A stretch of 59,346 nucleotides of DNA, the filler included, from Sphacelaria rigidula (lineage: Eukaryota): the NCBI GenBank assembly GCA_964200075.2. It is 10 parts of 10 records of this genome, joined end to end, with 100 filler letters (N's around TTAATTAATTAA, not from the genome) between each part and the next. Parts side by side here need not be neighbours in the genome. Positions count along the whole stretch, not along the records: positions 47,559 to 53,402 come from CAXNAA020024016.1; positions 53,503 to 59,346 come from CAXNAA020024017.1; 8 more parts are not named here. One strand, given 5' to 3'. Position 1 is the stretch's first letter; each line of letters opens with the position of its first letter. The position numbers and the translations under genes were made by a program. Positions 50,701 through 59,346 of this stretch are shown piece by piece. Under the pieces are notes generated by a model. That model was not told the origin of the DNA. It was given only the letters and a program-made list of their open reading frames with translations, and made no database searches.

Positions 50701-52590
50701 TGATGGATTTTTTGCTGCGTTCGGCATAGCTGATGAAGTACCGACGATTTTATCCCGGACAGTACCTCTGCGGCATCGGAGAAAACCCAGCCCTCCAAGT
50801 GGGTGCATGTGGACGCTCTTGTCGGTAGCTCTGCACTCTATATCCCAGATTCGCATATCTCGTGTCTTGGCATCAGGTATAAAATTGTCAGCTAAGGTCA
50901 GTCTCTGGGTTGCTACCGAAAAATAGGGCGCGGGACGGTTTCTTGGAAATTCTGCAACTCCGACGTCTCTCCATCTTAATCTCTTCACTTTGAATAATCT
51001 AGCTCGCAATCAGCCATTATATGTAGAAAGAAGTTAACATCCTGCACCCGAAATCATCAGCAGACCCTTTACGCTTGATTAGACTATCATTTTGTTTTCG
51101 TGAGATTGAGAGTCCAGGACACGATTGAGAGTGAGAAGCGGTCATTCACTTGACGAAATGTTCCAGTTCCGAAATATTCCAATGAAAGAAATGATTCAGT
51201 TCTGAAATGCCCCTCCACGAGGCGCCCGATACACTTTCTGTAATAAATTGCCACTGAAGCCTTCGATATCCCTGAGTAAGATATCGATGTGTAGCTGTGA
51301 GTACACGTTAATGTAAGGTAAGCACACACGAGATGAAAAAATTGGCCAACTTCAAGCGAATAATAAAACTCCCTCTCAATTTCACGAAAACGTTGTTTGT
51401 AGCATGGAGGTCTGACTGCGTCCGCGTCTGGCAGCAAACTGGCTTGGATTTGGGGGCTTCTCCCCACCTGCCCTCGCCCCCCCCCTTTCGAGCTGTGGTA
51501 CTTGTCAGAGTTGAGGATACGGTCCAATTTTGGAGGGATATTTGAAACCTCGTCACCCACTGTCTGTTGGTTTGTAACTTGCTCTCATGACATGCTAGCC
51601 TTGTGTCCTTTACATCCGTATTGCATTTGCTTGTCTATGCAGTCAAGCTCACGGTCACATGGCCACACCGATAGCATAAGCGAAAAACCCGCGAAATGCG
51701 GCATGGGGGATAGCGTCGGGGACAGCACTGGGACAAGCTCCCAGTTGAATACTGCAGACATGAGTGAAGCAGACAACGAGGAGCCGCGGTATGAGGCTGG
51801 CGCTGTGATGGGGCAACAGCAGGTGGTGAGGGGCCGATTCAAAGATACCGACACAAAAGGGAACGAGGATGCGAATGAAGTGCAGGCTGCAGCAGCACGG
51901 CTGGCACGGTCTACCGAGACGCAGGCAGATATGCCCCGTGCAGGCACTGCAACAAACGGGACGCAAAAGGTTGTTGGTCGACATCCACATGGGACCACCG
52001 GCGTGTCTATACCATGGAATGGAGGTGGAGGTGCTGCTGAGTACCCGATCGATCTGTTCGATGTTCTCGAAGCCTGGATTTTCGAGTATCTGCGGGACAA
52101 TGTACATGCACCGTTTATGCTCTCCGGGCACTTTCAGGAGTACACGCGTTTCCTTCATATCCAACACCGACCTGTGACTGAGAACGACTTCATTCTTTTC
52201 CGGGTCCTGGGGCGAGGCGGCTTCGGAGCTGTCAATGGTATGATCCGAAGTAATCGCGCACTGCCCGGCCATGTGTTGAGATGTTCCTCATCACCAGCCT
52301 CTCGCGTGATGCGTGCTTTGGCATACCCTTCAGTTGCATTGTGAAAGCTTGGCAAGTGCGTCGTTCTGAGCACAAGTACAGACTGGTGACGCGCCAACCG
52401 CCATGTTTTCCGCACTCGGTGCTTGCAACTGCTTGTGACGTTTGCGCCGTCTGCAGGATGTAAGCGCGGGGCGTCCGGGAAACTGTTTGCGATGAAGGTG
52501 ATGAACAAACGCCGTATCAAGATTCGGCAGTCTGAGGACTTGTGCTGGAACGAGCGCCGCATTTTGGAGGCACTTGGTAGCCCCTTTGTG
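47766..52590 (+). CDS. GRK: G-protein-coupled receptor kinase (GRK)-like AGC kinase, internal fragment (RH domain end + kinase subdomains I-IV)
   Basis: Exons 51643-52237 and 52457-52590 (phase 1 junction) give LFDVLEAWIFEYLRDNVHAPFMLSGHFQEYTRFLHIQHRPVTENDFILFRVLGRGGFGAVNGCKRGASGKLFAMKVMNKRRIKIRQSEDLCWNERRILEALGSPFV. This matches GRK hallmarks DF...R.LG(R/K)GGFG.V.GC, AMK...KKRIK, NER..L. Upstream phase-0 exon 47766-47933 (...GVNRLRVTGPVVERLVSLLQ) probably belongs but is less certain. Confidence 0.88.
51087..51397. mobile_element. MITE (family of 19434-19733) upstream of the GRK exon at 51643, in the probable intron
   Basis: TIR GTTTTCGTGAGATTGAGAG ... CTCTCAATTTCACGAAAAC. Confidence 0.8.
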
Positions 52591-55121
52591 GTGAGTCATG
52601 CATGAGGGTATGATTGCTTTGGTGTTCAAGTTACGAAGAGAGCGCAAGCTGGTTCTGCCGAGAGGGACGTGAAGCCTTCCTCAGATATTTTCTCCGGGTC
52701 AATATTCAGAATGACTCGAAGTTTTGATTTGAACACATGTGTGTACTGGGAACATCGACCGAACATCGTTTGCTGGATTTGTACTCCCTCTCTTGTGTAA
52801 TTTGGATGTCATGGGATCATATCGGGCACTCTCTTCTGTCCCTTTATGTCCCATAAGTTTACTACAATGAATTCAATCGTATTGACTTTGTGCTCAACCT
52901 GAAGTCCTCGTGTTGACGTTCCGGAAGTGTGAAATGTGCACAAGATTTCAGCTGGAGCCTCGAACGCTGACCTGCAGCAGAAAGACAACAAGAAAACACA
53001 AGGCTTGGGTCGAGAATCTCGACATTTTTATACACGCACACGTTAGAATAGAACAAGCTCTGTGTGTTGTAGAATTATAATGTAGGACATGCCGTGTACA
53101 GTAATGGGTGTTTTGCCGACGTTTGGAAAAGTTGTTCTAAACTGGCGGATATCTGACGACCGTTTAAACTCCGCATCCGCTCTGACGGCGTTCTCTGTCG
53201 GGCGTTGGAATTAATACAGTAGATGGGTGCCCTGTGTTTGCAATCACTCGGGGCAATTTTCGGGCCGAAACCGGGCATTTCCACATTGATTGATGGATTT
53301 GATTGATTGTCGGACTTTGACTGACCCCCCCCCCGGGGGCCAGGGGGCGGCATTGACGGTGTGGACCCCGACCCCCACGCAGCCCGCAACTGCAGCCTAG
53401 TGNNNNNNNNNNNNNNNNNNNNNNNNNNNNNNNNNNNNNNNNNNNNTTAATTAATTAANNNNNNNNNNNNNNNNNNNNNNNNNNNNNNNNNNNNNNNNNN
53501 NNTGCCTAGCTCACGTAGTGAGTGGCGTGTTTTATAGCGTCATCGCCAACCGACGCCAACCCCATCGGGACGGGCGGGGGCGGGGCAGCACGGACAAAAC
53601 AAAGAACAGAGAAGGAACCACCAGAAACAAGAGGTAATCAAATCAGCATGCTTCGAATTCAGGAGTGTGTCCGCGGCACCCCATATAAATGTATACAGTA
53701 TCTTGGCGCGCACGAGTGAGCACCGTGAGCGTAAAAAAACGTTGCAGGAAGCCAGTTGGGTGCGGCGCGCATCACCATTGGTTCGGCAGTGTTGCGTTCA
53801 ATGTAGCGCTTCAAGTACCGGAAGGGTGCGTTGGGTAGGGTAGCTCCCCGGGTATTTTCTCTCCCGAATTTTGTGTTGCGATGGTCCGAGTTCCGAACTC
53901 TACCCAACGTATTGGGTATAACTGATAGGTCCGATCACATCACTCTATCCGATATCTAGGTAATGTCGAGTAGGATATCAGTACTCTATACAGGTCTTGG
54001 GGTGCCTAGAGTACGATTTTTCGAAATACCCGAATGTAGGAAATACTCTACTCAAGACCCCCTTGAGATTTTGAAGTTAGTGGCGTTTGAGCGGGACCTG
54101 TATTTTCATACACACACGTGTGCTTGTACATACTTTGCTCTTACTTGTTTGAGAAAAAATGGGAGTAAAGAAAAAAGGGGGAACAAAAAAAAGAACCTCC
54201 ATTTTGTGCAGTCCATTATCGACGAATGCAGCATGTAGGCACTCTGCGAAGCGGTCGCGGCAACTCACGTGTTTTTTTTAATGACATAGGCATACAAGCT
54301 GGGCCAGCGTAAAAGCTGCTAAAACTTGTTCACACCACAGAATGAACCCGATGTAAGCATATCACTGTGAACTGCTGACCCACCCGATGACAAAGATCTG
54401 CACCATTGTTCGATTGGCGTCGTATTGGCGATGGCGTTATCGTACTGCATAGAGTACAAGGTGGGTCTGATATCGTTGAGCGATGGCGTGTCGGAGTGTT
54501 TTTTTTTTAATTTTATGCGGCGGGTTCACGTCAGCAATCACCCCGCACGGGGTATAAGTGGGGTGCAGCAATGTCACAGAGAATGTCGAACGCACGGCCC
54601 GTTTCGACGAGTCTTGAGCTGAAATTTTGGGAAGACCCTCTGCACCCAAGGATCTGATACTTTACGAGTCCAGCTGCAGTTTCTCTTTTTTTCCTGGACT
54701 TATGGATTATCTGTTTTTTCCCGAAATTTCAAATCCCTATTACTTCCTTGATTTTCACTTTTTTATTTGCTGGACCGGTGATTTTCTGCATTTTGATCAT
54801 AAAAAGCTGCTGTCAAAAGTTCAGCGTCCCACTCCTAATATCGCGCCGTGCGTCGCGTGAGCGAGGTTCACGCCCACTCTTGGCTGGCCCAGCTCGTATA
54901 CATATATGTACATATATTTTCTCCCCCAGTTTGTCCCTCTGTTTGTTCAGAATATGTTGCTGACCGTTTGCGGCGAACGAGGGCATTCATTGCACATAAA
55001 AGTTTGTTCTGTTGAGTTTTCAAAAGAAAAATCAGAGATATTTATTGATTTTTTTATCCATTTATTCGTCCGATCTTTTTTCGTTCCTCCATTTCTGCTG
55101 CTCGTTCTGAAAAAATTGCAG

Positions 55122-55259
55122 ACGAGTTGTGGCGACAGAGGGTCCTGACGGATTGGGGAGAGACTCGTCGGGTGCTCCCCTTCGATCGTCGGGACGGATC
55201 GGTTCCAACATATCTCCAGGCTTGGCGGGGATGGCGTCGAGCGTTCAACGGTTATGATC
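55122..55259 (+). CDS. Exon of a probable F-box protein (post-F-box segment)
   Basis: ttgcag acceptor and C|GTGAGC donor; DELWRQRVLTDWGETRRVLPFDRRDGSVPTYLQAWRGWRRAFNGYD resembles the D.LW...W segment that follows F-box motifs. Candidate upstream exons near 54396-54460 and 54651. Confidence 0.5.
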
Positions 55260-55294
55260 GTGAGCTACCGTACACTTGAAGATGGCATACACTG

Positions 55295-55557
55295 CAACGG
55301 TAGGACGAATCATAGCTGGTTCAAATCACCAAATCTACGAATTCTGACGCCTGACTCCTCGAAAGAGAGAAGCAGCAGTCGATCGCGGGTAACACAAGTC
55401 TGCGCAAGTTGTGCGCTATTCCGCGTACCTGGGGTTGCGCGTACCTGGGGTACTGCGCCGACAACAGGCAAAAGCCTGGGAGTGATTCGTACGGTACGAA
55501 TGAACTTTACTAGGAGCAAGTATTTTTCAGACGTAACCATTAGTTGTCCAACCCTTG
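55295..55557. mobile_element. hAT-like MITE (family of 39864-40120)
   Basis: Flanks are ATACACTG / ATACATTG (8-bp TSD, 1 mismatch). Confidence 0.8.
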
Positions 55558-55859
55558 ATACATTGATAACATCCATGTCACCGTATGAAAGTGCAGTTTA
55601 AGTAGTAATAATAGTGGTAGTAGTAGTAATAGCGTGATGATTGCTGAGTAGCATGAGAAGATTCAATTAACTCAAATATTTCCATTTGGTTACCGTCTCA
55701 GGGGTACTAGTAGCAGGATTTGTTTTTCAGACGAGACCTCCCGGCTTTTTCGGCTTTTTTTCTCTTGCCTCTTAAAAAGTTGAGAGAAAAGTTCTCGACC
55801 AGGTCAGCCAGTAGTAGATCAATTTTAAATTGACTACAGATTACTCCGGAAGTCTAACG

Positions 55860-57114
55860 TCGGAGTAGGTCGAGTATGGCCTCAAATACACTCCTCAAAT
55901 TTTGAGTAGGTCGAGCACGGCCTCAAATACTCTACTCAAATTCTTAGTAGGTTGAGTACGGCCCCAAATACAGTACTCAAATTTTAAGTAGGTCGAGTAC
56001 GGCCTCAAATACCCTATTCAAATTCTGAGTAGGTTGAGTACGGCCTCAAATACTCTACTTAAAATTCGAGTAGGTTGAGTACGACCTCAAGTACTCTTCT
56101 CAAATATTGAGTAAGCACCTCAGTAATATTCGAGTATAGGGTAACACTTGAGTATGACCTTAATATTCTACTCAATTTTCGGGTTGGTCGAGTACGGCCT
56201 CAAATTCTCTACTCAAACTCTGAGCAGATCGAGTACGACCTCCAATACTCTACTCAAATATTGAGTAAGTACTCTCAATAATACTTGAGTAAAGAGTATC
56301 ACTTGGATACGATGAGTAAGCGTGACCGTTGGCAACTTCGTGACGTCACTTCGCAGACTATGTTGAATACATGTGCGAACGATGGCCATCAATTAGATTA
56401 GTGGGGGCACGTCACGGGTTCCAATGAGTATGAACGAATTATGGCCATCAAAAAACAAATAAAACGTCCAGGTGAATGAACCTACCTGCCCCAGCTCACC
56501 TGCCCCCACCCATGGCAGTACACACTGGATACCCCTCAACCCCTTCGATATCACTTTCAGTATAGAGCGCTGCTCATCATCATTGACTAATCGACTGGAC
56601 GGGTTATCGGGTAGGTCTTATCAAAATGAGCGACTCTACTGGCCGCACATGTGACTCCTGCATAGGAGAGTCAGCAGTGGTACATCGGGTCCGGCCTCAG
56701 ATACTCTACCCAACTTTCGGGTAGATTGGATATGACCTCAGACGCTTCACTCAATTTTTGAGTAAAGTGGGTATGACCTCATATACTCTACTCAACTTTT
56801 GAGTAAGCACTTTCAGTAATACTCGGGTATAGAGTATCACTTGGGTATGACCTCAATACTCTACTCAAATTTTGAGTAGGTCGAGTACGCCCTCCAATAC
56901 TCTACTCAAATATTGAGGAAGCACTCTCATCGCTTGGGTATGACCTCAATACTTTACTCAAATTTCGAGTAGGTCGAGTACAGCCTCAAATAATCTACTC
57001 AAATTTTGAGTAGGATGAGTACGGCCTCGAATGCTCAACTCAAAATTTGAGTACTGAAAGTATGACTCTTGGAAAATATCGAGTACTGGGTATACTCCAC
57101 TCGACCTGCCCTTG
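55860..57114 (-). mobile_element. Second copy of the 41-bp palindromic-array element
   Basis: Units GAGTAGGTCGAGTACGGCCTCAAATACTCTACTCAAATTTT at 55863, 55904 and onward; core 56310-56660; terminus CTCGACCTGCCCTTG. Confidence 0.8.
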
Positions 57115-57529
57115 GAACATTCCGGTGGAAATGCAAAAGGGAACGTAATATGGTTGTCAGGGAAAGTCTGTTGAATGAGGTGCTCTGGACAGGGGAACGT
57201 GTATCAACTCTTACATTGACGTCTTATCTTATACCCTTGACTCACCCAACATCGATTGTGCAAGTTCCACGAGCTGCCTCCAAACACCAAGCATGTAGTA
57301 TCCAAATACGAAGTACACGTATACATAAGTGAAGGCAGTAGGGGCGTGTAGAACGCATTGTCTTTAATGTGGCACATCTAGCCATGACACAATATCGACC
57401 TCATGATTGGTCTTTCATCTCTCCGCCCCGCAAATGTAGAACAGCGTCAACCTGCACTAAAGTGTACCCGAATCCAAGTTCATGTGCAGTAGGACTCAGG
57501 TCGGCAATATTGTAATAGCCCCCCTTGCT

Positions 57530-59300
57530 GATGCTCAGTCTTGGTCATATCACCACGCAAGGAAAATCGTTTTCTCCTATGAAAATCAAGCAACACTCAC
57601 AACACAAACATCGTGAAGCTCAGAAGACTTGGCAATGGAAGAAACCAAAATCGTCAGAAAAGAATACCTCCTACACAATATATGCCCCACTAATCCTATA
57701 TATCCTTTCCATTCGCGGAATAACAATCCATCAAATCTCAGGCCACGTTTCTTCCGGAATCCATCACAAGAATATCCGCATTCCCCTTACCATAAAAGAA
57801 AAAAAAAATCTCGTGAAATAGTCACGGCGAAATTCAAAATGCCATTGCGCGGTCGTCTGCGAGAACGTACTAGGGATATTCGTTCATTAAGAATACGTTG
57901 ATGGAATTGAAACGTAAGCGCGTTGTGATGAGGACATAGCAACGAGTTTGGCGGCCGCTCCATTGTCGGTGCTGTTGGATGGGGAACATTTGTCCCTTGC
58001 GTGGGGCCCGGGTGGTCACGTCTTGTAGTTGGGTATCTGTGCCTCCTTTTCCTTTGACGAGATCACACCGGATGTGTACCCATCCTATTTCGTTCTCATC
58101 ACCCAGTAAACCTGTGCGCAGAAGTGATTTGGCATTTTATGGGGAAAGACGCAGTTGCGTCGACGTGTTTGGAACATCGGGAGAATTCTGATATGGACTC
58201 GGTATGATGCGGTGACTACGTTGTGGCAAGTGGCGGTGTTGGCTGGGGTAACGCCTGCAGAGTTGTGAATTGGTGGCACCAGACACTTGTCCGCAGCAGG
58301 AATGACCTTAAGGATGTTGCAAAATCAGGTACGAGTCAATGCTATTTGCGGTTTGGGGTCAGAAGCTTTCGCCGACCGGCGTAGAAGTGGGATCAGTAGC
58401 CGGGTCAGGGCACGGAGTAGAGGGACGAGTAGAGACCTCATTGGGGAAAGGCGGCTCATGACGCCGAGTCACATGATGGATGCTACATGAAAATAGTGGC
58501 AATGAAAGGGATACGGTAACATATGGTAAATGACTGGATAAGTGAAGAGTAGTACAGTCATGTGTCAACGAAGAGGATTGGATGCCGGAATTGGAGCCGA
58601 GACTAAGCTGTCGGTCACATGTGCACGGAAGTGTCTGCCCCTACGGAATGGATTGCATTGGTGTGGCAGGGGAGAGCGTAGGGGAAACATGTTGTATCCG
58701 CGCGTCGGCTTAGGTTCTTGTGGAGGCTGGTGCGACTGCGCTCAGCGCAATCTCCAGATGGGAGCTAACGGTCGGATACGTGAGAAGTCACTGTTTTGAA
58801 CGGGTGATTCATGAGGTTTTCCCCACCCACCCCCCACAAGCTGGGTTGGGGGCGGGAGTGCATAATGTGACAAACTTCGAAAGCAACTGCACAAAAGGCT
58901 CGATTCTGTGTTAGGGAAGAATCGATGTTTTGTGCAGAAGCGGGAAATTTTTTCCCAGATGTTTATAGTGATTGCAGTACCCAGAAGCCATTTCAGAACA
59001 CATTGACATGCAAGATTGCCTGTGTGATGAACCCAGTGAGTCAGTTCAGTGTGGGAGAAGCAGTAAGGTACAAGGGCAAGTGCATCCACGATGAAGTGAC
59101 AATAATGGTGTCTGGGTTGAAGTCGAGGTTTATGAGATCCGGGAGACGGGTGTGGTGCGACCATCAGTTGGTGACAGGATCACGAATCGATGTTGTCTGA
59201 GATTTTCCCGCCCACCCCTCCCTTTGGCGTTTTATCGTATTGGATTGGGTTTGAGGATTATCGGATTGAGTTTGCGGCGCATGGCGCCACTGTCGAGGGT
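57530..59300. mobile_element. Highly decayed retroelement remnants (Gypsy-RT-like on +, LINE-RT-like on -)
   Basis: LSLGHITTQGKSFSPMKIK ~ FLGH.I...G....P.KI (57535, +). NLDFNPDT / LLGTAIT ~ GL..NP.K / YLG..I (~59120-58970, -). Weak. Confidence 0.3.
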
Positions 59301-59346
59301 TTTTTCCTGGGAATCGGGTTTTTCCTCACAGAGGTTTTTCTGAGGG

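Noticed and set aside
48897..51009. Minus-strand ORFs of 185 and 114 aa within the probable GRK intron
   Set aside because: No domain similarity or splice support. Likely chance ORFs or decayed repeats.
55860..56310. CRISPR-like array of palindromic repeats (also 20165-21990)
   Set aside because: The intervening sequence is itself repeated (a 41-bp tandem unit), with no unique spacers and no cas genes, in a eukaryotic context.

Overview
Eukaryotic, intron-rich and repeat-rich DNA. It is most consistent with a stramenopile, probably a brown alga; this is inferred from the gene structure, a GRK-type kinase and the repeat landscape. The window is not one locus: it is ten contigs of 5845 bp (six) and 5844 bp (four), joined by identical 100-bp spacers (44 N + TTAATTAATTAA + 44 N), so they look like length-sorted, unrelated fragments. 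Genes reconstructed by hand from GT-AG sites and reading-frame phase: (1) the N-terminal six exons of an importin-7/8-like gene (+, 29990-35267); (2) a G-protein-coupled receptor kinase-like gene fragment with the RH-domain end and kinase subdomains I-IV (+, 47766-52590); (3) five phase-consistent exons of an uncharacterised protein with a coding poly-Ser/poly-Asn microsatellite (-, 249-5030); (4) a probable F-box-associated exon and some orphan exons. The rest is degenerate LINE, Copia and Gypsy remnants, a tRNA-derived SINE family, several MITE families (hAT-like, Tc1/mariner/pogo-like, piggyBac-like, and a TGT...ACA family with a 5-6 bp target-site duplication), 41-bp array elements and a 63-bp satellite. 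I found no CRISPR array, rRNA or intact autonomous element, and no clearly new multi-gene system can be supported.
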